The position numbers and the translations under genes are program-made. The notes beneath the pieces are model-generated. The model was not told where the DNA came from and ran no database searches. It worked only from the letters and a program-made list of their open reading frames with translations. A stretch of DNA of 61,926 bases, the filler included, from Sluysia triapertura (Eukaryota): the NCBI GenBank assembly GCA_046118255.1. It is 5 parts of 5 records of this genome, joined end to end, with 100 filler letters (N's around TTAATTAATTAA, not from the genome) between each part and the next. Parts side by side here need not be neighbours in the genome. Positions count along the whole stretch, not along the records: positions 12,549 to 24,257 come from JBJNIA010177919.1; positions 24,358 to 36,570 come from JBJNIA010128629.1; 3 more parts are not named here. One strand, 5' to 3'. Within the stretch, counting starts at the first letter, position 1. The number at the start of each line of letters is the position of its first letter. This document shows, piece by piece, positions 12,449 to 26,802 of the stretch.

Positions 12449-12548
12449 NNNNNNNNNNNNNNNNNNNNNNNNNNNNNNNNNNNNNNNNNNNNTTAATTAA
12501 TTAANNNNNNNNNNNNNNNNNNNNNNNNNNNNNNNNNNNNNNNNNNNN
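12449..12548. other. Artificial scaffold-joining spacer (N44-TTAATTAATTAA-N44)
   Basis: Exact 100-nt spacer with a six-frame stop linker, present four times. Confidence 0.95.
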
Positions 12549-12560
12549 TATTATTATTAG

Positions 12561-12763
12561 ATAACGACGACAAAGAAGACGCAAAATTTCGTAATAAATT
12601 ATCCGGTGCAATTGTAATGGAAAAGCCGAATGTAAAATGGGATGATGTGGCTGGACTTATGGGTGCCAAAGAAGCTTTACAAGAGGCTGTAATTTTACCA
12701 TTAAAATTTCCAAATATGTTCACAGGAAAGCGAAAACCTTGGCGTGGTATTCTGTTGTACGGT
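12561..12763 (+). CDS. VPS4: Vacuolar protein sorting 4 AAA ATPase exon (5'-partial; MIT domain absent from scaffold)
   Basis: [68 protein letters not shown]. Confidence 0.95.
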
Positions 12764-12886
12764 GTAAATTAAATATTAAATTAATGAAACTATTTAATAA
12801 CTGAATTCTTTGTTTCAAATATGGTTTATAGATAGATCGTCACTTGTTTTATTTACATATCAAAATAACTTGTACAGATGGTGTTA

Positions 12887-13233
12887 TGTTGTCATCACAA
12901 TCCTATAAAATAATGTAAATTGTCATAATAACACTTTTAAATTTTTTAAAGCAATTAAAATCACATAAAATGCTTTAAAATCCTTTAAAAAATAAATATT
13001 TTCCAAAAAAGAAATTATTTTTCGAAAAAAGAAATAACAGAATAGAAGCTTCATATAATAGATTTTTATAAATATATTAAAAACAGTACGTTGAAGAGTA
13101 AAAAATGAAAATTACATTATCTATTTGTCATTTTGCTACAGGAACGCCCACTTTACGTTGTAAGTCGTTTACATTAATCGGACCCTGCTCAATTTTATCT
13201 TACCCAAGGTTAAAAGTTAAGAAAGCCACAATA
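12887..13233 (+). mobile_element. Internally deleted solo LTR, TGTTGTCA...CCACAACA family
   Basis: 5' and 3' blocks align with 19814-20883 and 22137-22849; lies in a VPS4 intron. Confidence 0.6.
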
Positions 13234-13300
13234 TATAATATTTCTCACTATATTATCTATTGATTATTCTAATTAATAAGTAAAAAATATTCTTATATAG

Positions 13301-13696
<396 letters not shown>

Positions 13697-14261
13697 TAAT
13701 GCTATGAAATGAACGTGGGAGAAGAACGTATAAGTAGCAATTAAAGAGAAAATCAAATATTTGGTTGTATTTAATGCAAATATGGCAAAACTAATTATTC
13801 ATTCATTGATAACTAATAATATGTATTTAAATAATGGTACATTGTACTCAAATTACACACACGAAAGCACGGAAACAGGAAATGTCGTGCAACAAGTTAT
13901 CTTAAAAAATTCAAAATTCATGTTCGTTGGATATAAATATTTATAATGCGAAAGTGTTGAATTCCAACTGCAAAAATCACAATGACTATGCCTGTAAGAT
14001 CGATAATTTATACAGAATGCGCAATAATAATTAGATAAGTGGTAGGTTTATGCAAGAGAAGATTGACAAAACAAGATTATAGTTAAGAAATATTATGATG
14101 AATGATGTATTTTGTAGTAGTTATTATTGATATATTATTATTGTACACTGCATATCTTAAAGTTCTTCACTTAGATTTCACCTTAACAAGTTAATCCAGG
14201 TCCCACTAAAATTATATTTTTCATAAACGTAAATTAATTAATTAAAACACAAGTTTTCTAG

Positions 14262-14564
14262 GGTGTAGGAGTTCAAAACGACAATGTGCTTGTTTTAGCT
14301 GCTACAAATATTCCTTGGTCATTAGATTCTGCAATTAGAAGAAGATTTGAAAAACGTATCTATATACCATTACCAGATTTAGCTGCTCGAGCATCTATGA
14401 TTCGATTGGCTTTAGCTGGAACAAATCATACAGTAACTGATGCAGATATGAAAAAATTAGCAAAAGAAACCGATGGTTATTCCGGTTCCGATATTTCCAA
14501 CATGGTCCGTGAGGCGATTATGCAACCTGTCAAAAAAGTGATGTCAGCTACACACTTTAGAAGG
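14262..14564 (+). CDS. VPS4: VPS4 exon (second region of homology, small AAA domain); last exon not found
   Basis: [38 protein letters not shown]...GYSGSDI...[15 protein letters not shown]. Confidence 0.97.
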
Positions 14565-17500
14565 GTTTATTATTATTATTATTGTTATTATTAATGTGAT
14601 CTATATTTATTTACCTCATCATTTTAAATCAAAACTAAATCCATCCACTGTTAAAGAAGTTGGAGTAGATCTATTAAAACTAACTCTCCGGAAAATGTCC
14701 CAAAGTAAAAATGAAAATGTTAACATGTTGAAACAGATTTATTTTCGCTCGTCAATAGTTATGCGGGCACCAATCATGTTAATGAATTGGTGCAATGCAT
14801 GCGCTTGCGCAGATTACTGCAAGAAAAACACCACGCGTATGTTAAATTCCAATGACGAGTCAGACTCGCCAAATGTATCCAAATGGTTGAAATTATATAC
14901 CATTACGTAATTATAAATTTTGAGCTTTGTAAATTTATATAGTTATCAACAATTAACAAATAACAAATAATTTTTATATTTTATTTGCTTTTAATAACTT
15001 TGAACAATCTTTATCTATAGTTATTTAGTTCCTGATGACTTTACTATTTATTGTTGGTGTTTACAATATATATATATATATTATCATCGGAAAGGTATTT
15101 CCTAACAAAATAAGGTCAAGTGATTTCGGTGAACATTAAAAGAAATTGAATTCAATGCTTTCAATTAAAGTTCTAGCTTTTTTATCTCTACGAGTTGAAC
15201 ACTTATCTGAAATAATTGCTGAATTTGGTGACGAATTTAAATATATCGATAAAACAGTACATCTATAAACTTCAGGATATTCTAAGGACTACTTATACAA
15301 ACTTATGTATGTAGAATAATAAGAAAATAGTGGTGGTTATACATCACAATGAATTATTTAGAGTTATGTATTAATCGTTATTTTTTAGTGTAGCATTTAA
15401 TTATTTAGTTTTTTAGTATTACTAATTATTATCTACTTAGTGTTGTGGGTAAATAATAATTTGCACTCTTATTAACAATTTTTATTTTATTACTATCACT
15501 GTATCATTATTACAAAATAATTATAATATTACAATTGGCATAACTATGAATGTTAATCAATAATTTGTGACTTTTAACCTAGCAGTGCATCAAATGAACA
15601 ATTTCAGCATATAACAAATGTTTCTTAACGACTTGTACAATTTCATTACGATAAAAGACCCAATAGCGACTCCGATAATGAATTAACGAACACAGAAATT
15701 GAAGACAACATATTTCTTGATAATACCCCAAAATCGTATCATGAGTGTCAGACCATCTAATTCATTTAAATACCAAATTCTCAAATCACTTGATCTCGAA
15801 TCAACATAATTTCTTATCCTGCTTTTATCTCAGTCAACTAATCTAATAATAGAGAACAAACTCTTACATTGTAAAGAAATTTAATATAATTTTTACTCAT
15901 ATCAATTAGTACATTCTCTTGAATCACATGTTTTAATAACTAAATATTCTACAAAATCAGATCAGGTCATTTTTACAGATTGAAATCAAGAATTTTATCA
16001 CAGATTACAACAGCAAAGTAGCTAAAAAAGATAGAATATGGAATGAATCATGTCAAAACGATTAGGATCAACAGGATCTCAATATAAGTTAACAGAATCT
16101 TAAGTTAAGTTAATCATCATAACCCGAACAATGGATTAAATGATGATAGTTATAGTTAAATATTTATTAGTAAATATTCCAGAACATTTCAAGACGGCTC
16201 ATTTTCCTTTTGTTAGATTTGATTCCTTGTTTGTGTTGTTTATTGTTTGTTTAATAATGGGGAAATAGACCCTTCAAAATCAAGTTTATACGTTTAATAT
16301 TTAAATTAATAAAAACAAATCTCAAAAAAACAAAATTTAGATTAAAATTAGTTAGAAAAGAAAGTATCAAATCATAGATAAAATAGTAAAATGAAATATT
16401 ATTAACTACAAATTTCGTTCTTGCCAACCTAATAGTTTTTTGATTATAGCATTATGTTTTATTTTATGGTTGTCTAATTCAAAGGTGTTTTTAAAATTGT
16501 TTTTAGATTTTACAAAATGTTGTTAGATTTTACAAAGTTTTGTTTTTTCTTTGAATAATTTTTATTGCTTTTACCAATTCAAGAAATTCCATCATCTAAT
16601 TCCATAATTTACGTTCTTGATGTAGAACAATCATCAAGAATAAAATTTCAAAGCAAATATGCTTACAAATTCATAAAGCAATTATACATGTACACTAGAG
16701 ATGTTATGCTATTTTTAGCTGTTAATTAAAAATAATGTTAGTAGACTGCTATCACAATCTCGAAATAGCAGCTATTAAATAACAACGACGTGTTGAAAAA
16801 ATATTAATATTAATATATTAACAGACATAATATTGCATTTTTGATATAAAGAATTAAAATTTAATTTTGTTAATTCTTCTTTATTTTTGCTAAAGAATTA
16901 GAACTGTTGTTGTTCATAATATTTAAATTATTTATAAGAAACATTAAAAAGGTGTTTATTTTATTTATGAAGTTTTTTTATAGTGACGCTATGATTTTTT
17001 ATTAGGTTTAGGGCGTCACAAATAAGTATGTTTAAATAAGGCGCAACTAAAAAAATAATATCGAAGTGACATTGCATATCACATCATTGAAACCAATTTC
17101 AACGTTAACTCCAATATATTTGTTATTTGTTCTGTGTAATTAATTTAATTGGTTAATATATTGGTTCCACACAAAGATATTGAGAAAATATCCAAGAAAC
17201 AAAGTGTGCAAGTGGAAGTGGATATGAAGCATTATGTGGTACTAATTCAATAATATGCTGATACGAATAAATGTTCTTTATCAATGATTGGAGACACAAA
17301 AAGCCTTGATTTTGTTCGATAGTATCTCTTCAATTGATTTGTTTAAAACAAATCAACTAATATCTATTTCTTGTTTTATATTAGTTTTGGTTAATTCTAC
17401 ATTTAGACTAATTATAAATCGAAAATTTTCTAAACTTTCTAAAATTATATAAACTTTCTAAGCTTTTCTGAAGGTACTTCAGTAATTTTTGAATGTAAAC

Positions 17501-17653
17501 TATGAGGATTTGTTTTCTATACACAATTACATAAGTAAAAACTATTCCAAATATGAAATGGCTAAAGGTGTAAAATATAGGATGTAAAAAGAACTATTGG
17601 ATGATCTAAGAAAGTGTAATTTGTTGATTGGTTGTAATTCACAATGCTTAAAA

Positions 17654-18654
17654 TGTTGTTTGTAATATCATTGTAACTTCAATAAATGTATTTGTTGTTT
17701 AATAATTATTTAATAAAACTCGGTTTTGATTTAATATTGAACATTTAGTTAAATTTCAATGTTCTGAATATTACATACCGAGAAAATTCAGAGATTTGGA
17801 ACTGTTAATGTAAAAATAAATTGATGCAAAATAAAAACAACGACTTACAACGTATAATGGGTGTTCCTGTAACCTGATAAGTTAATAATTATCAATAAAT
17901 GCTTTAATTTTAATTTTAAAAATCGGATTTAACTGATCAATTTAATGATTATTACAAATTATTAAGAGTCTTTGCTTAATGCTTATTCAATATATTTATT
18001 AAAATCTAAACTAAAAACTAATGAATACACAATTGATATTAAACACAATTTTAAAAGTAAATTAATAATATGGAATTATTAAATAATATTATAAGGACAG
18101 AGTGGGTTTGAGACAAAGTAATAATAAAATATTAAAATTAAAACCACTAAGGATCGTTTATTGTATTTATAATAATTTTACGAGGATTTTAACCCTCGTA
18201 ACGTACTAAATATTTACTTAAAACAGAAATATTTGAGTGGATTTTATAATATTATTATGATAGTACTAATATTTTATTATTAGTACTTGCCTTAATAAAA
18301 ATAACTTAAAGAGAACATGAAACATAAACAGCTTCTGAACCAATAAAGAAATAAGGAAAAATTCTCAATGGCGCCTGGAATGGAATGAAATCAAGACTAA
18401 TAATTTTTTAAAATTTGTGGACAGTGCTACAAATGATCAAAATGGCCATTCTCATTAAACTGATGCTAGTTTATATATTAGTCACCAGCCAAATGGAATC
18501 GATGGAATGTTCTAAAACTCCTGGTTCTATTTTTAGAAGCGATTTTACTTTGTTAGAAATTTTAAATTCTTTTTTCGAAAATAAACATTTTAAAAAACTC
18601 TTATAAATAATTTTAGAGCATTTTAGGTGATTTTAGAGGGTTGCGATGACAATC
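17654..18654 (-). mobile_element. Solo LTR, TGTTGTCA...ACAACA family
   Basis: Revcomp begins TTGTCATCGCAACCCTCTAAAATCAC (as at 22139) and contains TACAGGAACACCCATTATACGTTGTAAGTCG (as at ~13137); left boundary approximate. Confidence 0.6.
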
Positions 18655-18961
18655 TATCATTAGTATTATGATCATCTGCAAAATATTTAGAAGAAAAAAC
18701 AGAGAAATTTTGTTATTTCTAAAAATATCCATAGTTATTATTGAATAACTATGGATATTTTTAGAAATAATTGAGGAGAAATTGGGAAATAAGATACAAT
18801 CACACCACTTCTGTTCAAATTTAGGACCTTTTTCCATTTGTGTTACGAAATGAGTCAGAATATTTAAGCGATTTCGTAGTTGATTTATATTATTTTTGTT
18901 TCAATAATGAATTTTTAATGAAGATTTGATTTTTGAATTTATTTTGAGAATTCTACTTCAG

Positions 18962-19075
18962 TGAGTAGTAGTAGTAGTAGTGGTAGTAGTAGTAGTAATA
19001 ATAGTAGCAGCAGCAGCAGTGGCAGTAGTAGTGGCAGTAGTAACATTAGTAGCAGTAGTAGTGGCACCAGTAGTA
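18962..19075. repeat. Compound (AGT/AGC/GGC)n microsatellite
   Basis: Direct inspection. Confidence 0.85.
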
Positions 19076-19813
19076 TTATTTTAGTATTTTTATGATTGAC
19101 CAATGGAAAATGAGAAATAAACATTGTTATACTTATCAAACTCATTGTATTTAATTTCGATTTCCTAAATTGATTACAGAATAGTAGTAATAGTAGTAGT
19201 AGCAGTAGAATATGTTAATTATTTGCAGAATATAAATTACAGAAAGTCAATTTTATAAAATAAATCACTCAATATTAAATGTATAAAAAAATTATTTTGT
19301 TATTCACATATTAATATTGCATAAAATTGTCAATAAATTATTGTCAATCATTTTTTGAAATGCTTTTTTATTTATTAATTTAGTGTAATTTAATTTATAT
19401 TTTTGTATTTCATTTTTTTTGTTATTGTACATAAAAAAATGACAAAATTCGACGATGTATATATGTAAACAAATTGAAACGATAACTTTGTTAATGAAAG
19501 TTAAACGTTAAACCATTAAACTTGATACTGTTGTTTGTTTTTGTTTAGATAAACAATTCATGAATATTTATTTTTGTCATATCGAAATCTTATACAATAA
19601 TAATAGTAATTTATTGCTTGATTAACAATTAAAACACAGTTAACTACATATTTACAACAACCGAAAATTCACAATAATCAAATCATTCATCAATAATAAC
19701 AACACTCAATCATACTCTTTCATACATAAATTCACAAACAAAATAAATAATAAAATTTATTGTTATTACTGTCATCTTGTTATTTTGTTATTATTATATT
19801 ATATTATTATTTT

Positions 19814-20883
19814 TGTTGTCATGACGATCTTCTAAAATCATATAAAATTATCTGTGAACCTCTAAAACACTTTAAAAAAGAAAATTCGTTTCTAAAAATA
19901 GAATAGAACATTTCATCCATTCTCATTGGTTGAATAAGAGTCGCTATTTTGAAAACATTATTCAAATTATTAGTCAATTTTTACCAGCTACCTTGTCAAG
20001 TGCTTTGTTCAGTCAATTTTTATTTTTCGGAATTTTAGTTAATGCATTCGACATTTTAGCTATTCAACGAAGTATATCTTTTCGTTCCAGTTTTTCTGAT
20101 ATAGTAAATTATTTTCTTATAAGGGAGTTTTGTTTTTATTATTCAGAATTTTAAAATAGACGTAAAATCCAAATTTTATCATTTTATTGTAAGGATCTCG
20201 ATATACTGAGGGGAAAATTTAACTCAAAATTTAAAAAGAAATTTATTAAAGATCCCACCAGGATTTTAATCATAAAATATCATTTTTGTTTTTCGGTCGT
20301 TGGAATAATTTTATTTATTTTATAATTTTGTTTTAGAAAATTCACTTCTTATCATACATTTAGAAATCACTAAATAATTCCTTATACTTCAATACTCCCA
20401 ATTTATAACATTATCCCTATAAATATTTACTTATAGGGATAATTCAATTTGTATTTTGAATATTTGTTTCAGTTTTTCCTCAGTCCATGCAAGAGTAAAT
20501 CTATTTATTATAAGGGTATTTGATTTTAATAAGCAATATTTTAAAATATACTTAAATTTCAATTTTACTATTTTATTGTATTGAGGGGAAATACTAACTT
20601 AAATTTTGAGAATAATTGATTAAAAGATCCCACAAGGATTTTGTCTTTTAACTTTTTGGCTATTGTGTACAAATCATTATTGAATAAACTGGTTATTAGT
20701 TGAATTTCCTAAGTTTTAATTTATGTAAGATTATTTAGGACCCTCTTAAGTAACTGCTAATACAGAGATATATTAGGCGTGCTTTTTGAATAAATATATC
20801 AAGATTATTAACTTTAAACCGTAACCGGACTCTGTTCAATTTTTTATTTTGCCGTAGGTTTAGATTATAGAAAAACCACAGCA
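19814..20883 (+). mobile_element. Solo LTR (~1.07 kb), TGTTGTCA...CCACAGCA
   Basis: TGTTGT/ACA(G)CA terminal inverted motif; aligns with three other copies; duplicated GAGGGGAAA...AAAGATCCCAC block; no clean TSD. Confidence 0.6.
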
Positions 20884-22136
20884 TTATAATTTCAGATATT
20901 TTATCCTTAAAATAAACTTGAACCTTTTTACATTTGTTGCACTAATTTTAGTTTTAGATAATTAGACTTTTAAATTGACATAATTAAAACATAAAATAGT
21001 TGCTTTTGCAGCTGAAGCTAGTTATTGATTATATTAATTTTTTCTTCATTACATTATAATTAGAAATTAAATCAATTTTTAAATTTCGATTTTTAGATAA
21101 ATCAATTAATTGTTCAATTATTTGTTAAATTTCCATTATTATTTATTCAAAATTTCATCATCGGTACCTTCTATAAATATTTCAAGTCATTTTTGAATAA
21201 GTAATGCCTGTTCTTCCGTTTCTCGAAGGTTGATTATTGTTTTATTGCTTCGTAACCATGGATACAGTTACAATCACACTTTCCCTACATTTGGAACAAT
21301 TTTTTAAAGGATTATTTTTCGTTAGTTAAATACATTGATAATTGCTTTCGATGATGTGTATATAGCGAACATAGGCTCTTCTAATTATTGGTAATAAAGC
21401 CACCATTTCTGAGAAGTACAAATACAATGAATTAAATGTGCATTTATGTTTTTGGACGACATTTTACACCCAAACCAAATAACAGATTCGATAATTAAGA
21501 ATCAAATCAATATCAATTTCAGCATCAAATGAATTTTTTGTACTTTCTGTATATGGAAATATTACGAAATAATGAATATTAATAATGACACAAAAATGAC
21601 AATGACAATAACTCAGTACCACAAACAGTGCCAAACAATAATAAAAAATATGTAAACATAATAACAATATGAAAATTGATAACTAAAATGATTATAGTGC
21701 ATATGTGTGTATGAAAAACTGGAAATGGAAGTGTGTGTGTTTGTGTGATTGTTGTGTTTATAGTTGTTGTTGAAACATACTATCGCATTGATTTATATTG
21801 CTGTAAATATCTGTAATTATCTGTGTTGTGTGTAAATCGATAAATTTTAATTGTTGATATTTTTGGTTGTAAGGTTTAATTTTCTAATTTTATTTTTTAC
21901 ATGCGTTCTTAATGTATGTATTTTTGTAATTTCTTCTATTATTATAAGTGTTTCTATCCGCTTCACGTTAGCTTGTGCATGTTTACATATGTTCATTTGT
22001 CTTTTCCATTTCAATAGCAGTATATGGTATAATAAGCTTTCACTCATATTTCTTACATCCCATTCTTTTGTTTATGTGCTGACTTGTAAAGGTCTTTTTT
22101 TTACAATTTTTTCTTTTTATAAGTTATAGTATGTTA

Positions 22137-22849
22137 AGTTGTCATCGCAACCCTCTAAAATCACATAAAATGCTTTAAAATTAAAAATGATTATTTAACA
22201 AAAAGAAATTTATTTTCGAAAAAAAAAGAAAGTTCGTTTCTAAAAATAGAGTAGAAGCTTCTAGAATATTCCATCGATTCTCAATGGTTGATAATTAGTA
22301 TATAAACTAGCATCAGTTTAATGAAAATCGCCATTTTGAAATCCGCTACTTGCAAAATCTAGTATTTGGAAATTTTAGTTATGATTTTATTCGATTTTAA
22401 TAAATTTTTATCAAATCCATGTTAACTGTGTGTTATTTTTTTAAGATATACTATCTTAAAATTAATTTTAAGATAATAAATTAATTTTATTATTTTAATT
22501 AAGATAATAAAATTAATATCTTAAAATGAGGTGCAAAATACAGAGTAAATTAAATATCAACCAAAAATTAAATACTAAAAAGAATTTTAACTTTTAATAT
22601 TCATAAATAATTTTATTCCGGCTATTTTCTTATTATATCTATTACAATTTTTATAATAATTTTTTGTTCTATTCATCGTGTTAAAATAGTATTTATGAAG
22701 TATCATTGTATAAAGACCCTTAAGCATTTTAGAAGTATTAAATTTGACTAGTAGTTTTAATGTTCTATGATTAAAATTAAGGTAGAAATGTCAACTATAC
22801 GTTCTAACACGTTTATTGTAACCGGTTAAGTGTTAGAAAAAACACAACA
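22137..22849 (+). mobile_element. Solo LTR, same family
   Basis: (A)GTTGTCATCGCAACCCTC...TATATAAACTAGCATCAGTT...GTAACCGG...ACACAACA. Confidence 0.6.
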
Positions 22850-23136
22850 ATTAAAAATCTATGTAAATCGTATTTTATATAAATTAAGTGCTTTTTTTAT
22901 CTTCTCTAAAAATGAATTTAATATGAAAATATTCAATAATACAGCATTAGCATTAATATCAACTTCAAAATTGATATTTTAAAAATCTAAATGGAGAAAC
23001 AAATCAAAACTTCATAAATAATAAATGAAACTAATTTTTATAAAAAAGTATGAAATATAACAAAATTGTAAATAAATAATTATTATTTATGTTTTTTGTT
23101 ATAAGTTTATTATCATTTTTGTTAACAAAATTCATA

Positions 23137-23689
23137 TCATGTTTCCCTGAAAATAAGACTTAGCCCTAAAATAAGCCATGGTTGATAGTCAATCGAGATA
23201 CCTAATAAAAGTCGATAAATGACTTGAGGCGATATTCAATGCATGCTTTCTGTATCTAAATTATAATACGTTCTGAGATACTTCTTCTTGTCAAAGTATT
23301 CTGCTTCATCTTCTGACTGTGACTAACTGATCTTGATTCACTTTCAAACAATCCTCCAAGTAAGATTTTATTAGCAAATTATCAAATCATTTCTCTTTTG
23401 CCATACAATATCGATGAGAATGACTTAAAATAATGAAATTCAGTTAAATAAACTTTGGATTCCAGTATGACTAGCAAGACATTCCAGCGGACGACGATAT
23501 ATGGTCATTTTTAAATGATTTATAGTTAGTGATTTTAAACATAAAACCAGTTTCTCATTAGTAAATGTAGTTCGGTTTTCATCTATTTAGAAATTTCATA
23601 ATTCTCGACTTTGTAACTTTAATATCTCTCAAAAATAATCCCTAGTGTCATATTTTTGAATGAAAATTAATATTTTCGGGGAAGCACAG
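23137..23689 (-). mobile_element. Non-autonomous Tc2/pogo-like DNA transposon (copy 2)
   Basis: TA-TCATGTTTCCCTGAAAATAAGAC ... TTTTCGGGGAAGCACAG-TA; collinear with 11183-11784. Confidence 0.8.
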
Positions 23690-24257
23690 TAATAGATATG
23701 CTTAATTATATAAAAATATAATTTAAAATTATTAAAAATATATTTTGTATTTCCGCATGCAAAATTCATCATCTAATCGTCATAATAATCATCAAATTTC
23801 GTTTACTTATTTACTTCTTAAATTTAATCTTGAATGTACTCATCGGCTGCATTCATTCTTGCAGGTATTTAATCCAAAATTATAATTATTAGAACAAAAT
23901 CATTAGGAATTGTTTTTTGTTACATCTACTTTGAAAAAGGTGTACAATTAATTTTACCTAGCAGCAATGTTTAGTAGTAGTAAATTTAATTGATGTTCCA
24001 TTTCATTATACTGTTTGAGTGTGCCAATATATGAATAATAGTTGACTAACACAGGTGTGCAATCAATAATTATAGGTAGATTTATTGTTCATTTTTATAT
24101 TTTCTTGACCTTTAAAATATTCATCGAATCAACGATGCTCCAATATTTATTTAGTGAGTCATTCGAGTCATTCTTAGATAATGTTTATGTAAATATTTCA
24201 ATTTCCAGTGGAATCTATTTAATTAATTTAATGTCTTCGAAATTCTTGATTCACATT

Positions 24258-24357
24258 NNNNNNNNNNNNNNNNNNNNNNNNNNNNNNNNNNNNNNNNNNN
24301 NTTAATTAATTAANNNNNNNNNNNNNNNNNNNNNNNNNNNNNNNNNNNNNNNNNNNN
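24258..24357. other. Artificial scaffold-joining spacer
   Basis: N44-TTAATTAATTAA-N44. Confidence 0.95.
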
Positions 24358-24656
24358 TATATATATATCCTATTTATTTAAATTATTTTTTTATTGTTAT
24401 TTTAAAGAATTTCTCCAACATTAATTCAGAAATAATTAAGATCTATAAATTGAAACCCAATTAAATATGAAAAGTCAAGTACTAAGGCCTTTTGAAAGAT
24501 AATTTCAAATTTGTTTAAATTAGCATCAGACGAATTAGAGATGAGTGAATAAATAACATTATGGGAAATAAAGAATATCATTAATTGGTAGTATGAAAAA
24601 CTCTTTATAAAATTTTTATTTTTTAAGTGATTTTTATATTTTCAACCTTTTTGTAG

Positions 24657-24766
24657 CTGTTATAGAAGCCTTAAAATATCCTTCTAATTATCCTGGTTGT
24701 TCTGGATCTCGAAATATATCAAATAATTTAAGTGATTTACGTGCTCAAGTAGCTGCTAACGAAAAG
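24657..24766 (+). CDS. OPLAH: 5-oxoprolinase (hydantoinase B/oxoprolinase domain) internal exon
   Basis: [37 protein letters not shown]; AG/GT boundaries. Confidence 0.92.
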
Positions 24767-24829
24767 GTAAATTGACAATAAAAATTAAATTATCATGTGC
24801 TGGTTAATAATATTCTATTATCAACTTAG

Positions 24830-24904
24830 GGTCGTAAACTGGTTATGGAACTAATTTCTGAATATGGATTGGATGTAGTTCAAGCTTATATGAAATATAT
24901 ACAA
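24830..24904 (+). CDS. OPLAH: 5-oxoprolinase internal exon
   Basis: GRKLVMELISEYGLDVVQAYMKYIQ; 63-nt intron from the previous exon; GTGAGT donor. Confidence 0.92.
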
Positions 24905-25151
24905 GTGAGTTTAATATCTACTTCGAATAAGGATAGTATTTAATAAGTAGTAATAAAATTCCAGAAATGCAGTTGCACATTCAAAAATTGATACAGCATA
25001 CAAATTGATCCTTTATTAAATAACACACATGAATGTATACTCTTGTTTTAGCTAAACAAACATTTTTCCCCACAAGAACACAATTTAACTCAATATTATT
25101 CAAAAAACAAAGACAATTATGAATTATATATAAACTTTAAATTTAAAAGTG

Positions 25152-25313
25152 CTGTATTTTCCACTCTGTATGGCATACCGGAGTATAAGGCGCATCCTAA
25201 AAAATTTGGTAAACAACCTGTTTAGCCTACTTACTTCACCGGATTATAAGGATCACCTCCTAAAATTTAACTTAAAATATTTTAAGGTGTGCCTTAAAAT
25301 CCGGAAAATACGG
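25152..25313. mobile_element. Tc2-like MITE
   Basis: CTGTATTTTCC ... CCGGAAAATACGG-TA TIRs with repeated CCGGA.TATAAGG motifs. Confidence 0.7.
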
Positions 25314-25656
25314 TAAGTTCATCAACAAACAATCACTAATGTACCTGCTTAAATTATCATATAATGCAATTATTCTGAAACTGTAGTAACGGATTTTGAT
25401 AATAGCAGATTTTCTTGCTTTAACTGAATACGATTTTAAATACATGACTGTTTGTAACACGATTTTGTAATAATAATTTGATTAAATTGTAATTTTTTCG
25501 ATAATTCTTGTCAAGTAATTGAATGTTAAATTTATACTTTATTGATATATATAAATTGATAGCTTGATACATCACATAAAAATAATAAATTTTCTTATTC
25601 TCATATTCGAATGAATAAGTGATAGTTTGAGAAGTATATGCTAGAAATTTCTGCTA

Positions 25657-25905
<249 letters not shown>

Positions 25906-26630
25906 TTAGTCGTCTTTCAAATTCCCTAGTATTATGCAATCACCATCAGCATTCACAAAAATATTTAATTTTTGGAACAGGATGATAATAAAGAAAATAT
26001 TTCCACTCTAAAAACTAAATCATTATTTTTCCATTACTTTTTGCTCGATCATCATCAAAACAAATATTATATTCACGAAAGTATTCTTAACATCTTCAGA
26101 GGATACTTCTGAATTCAAATGAAATTCATTAAAAACTGTACTTAATTTATGATTATTGAATCACAATATTTCAGAAGTTGATCAATGCAGATCTTTTCTT
26201 TCTGGTAAAAGAAATATGGAATTTCATGCTTTTCTTTTGATAAAGATTGATATAAATCGTTAACATAAATAATATCAGTCTTTTTATGTTCAATTGCTCG
26301 TATAAATTATTTAGAAATTATTTAATTTATTATAAGATATTTCAACTTTGAAATAAAATTTTTAAAGATCAAAATTTTTCTTTTTAAGAGCCAAGAAGTT
26401 TCTAACCAATCAAGTTCAAACTGGCATCATATGAAACCAATTTTAACTTCTTTGGATTAGATATGCATATATGTATGTGCAATGTCAATGATGATATATA
26501 ATCTGATAATGATAATGATTATTATTGTTGTGGTGTCCCACTTATTCATAAATTCTCAACAAATGCGATTACAAATATCCCATACACATTACAACCTCGC
26601 TACATTTTGTGCACACGATAACATCTAAAA

Positions 26631-26802
26631 CAGGGATTCTCACTAATTTTTATTCGCGACCCAATTTGTGACCCGAATATTTCTGGCGACCTAACAAAGA
26701 AACAAAATATATTTGAAAAACTATTATAAATGTGTTGACGCTTCACGTTTATTGTAGTAGATTTGCAAAAACTAAAGCTTATTTGTTTTTTGGGAACCGC
26801 CG
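26631..26802. mobile_element. hAT (Charlie/Buster-type) MITE
   Basis: Exact 8-bp TSD ATCTAAAA at 26623-26630 and 26803-26810; CAGGGATTCTCA / TGGGAACCGCCG ends; GCGACCC subterminal motifs. Confidence 0.85.

Noticed and set aside
14233-14245. TTAATTAATTAA not flanked by Ns
   Set aside because: Natural AT-rich intron sequence; VPS4 exons are continuous across it
18939-19145. Poly-Leu ORF (also the Leu/Tyr tails of ORFs 4423 and 14286)
   Set aside because: Translation of microsatellites or read-through into introns
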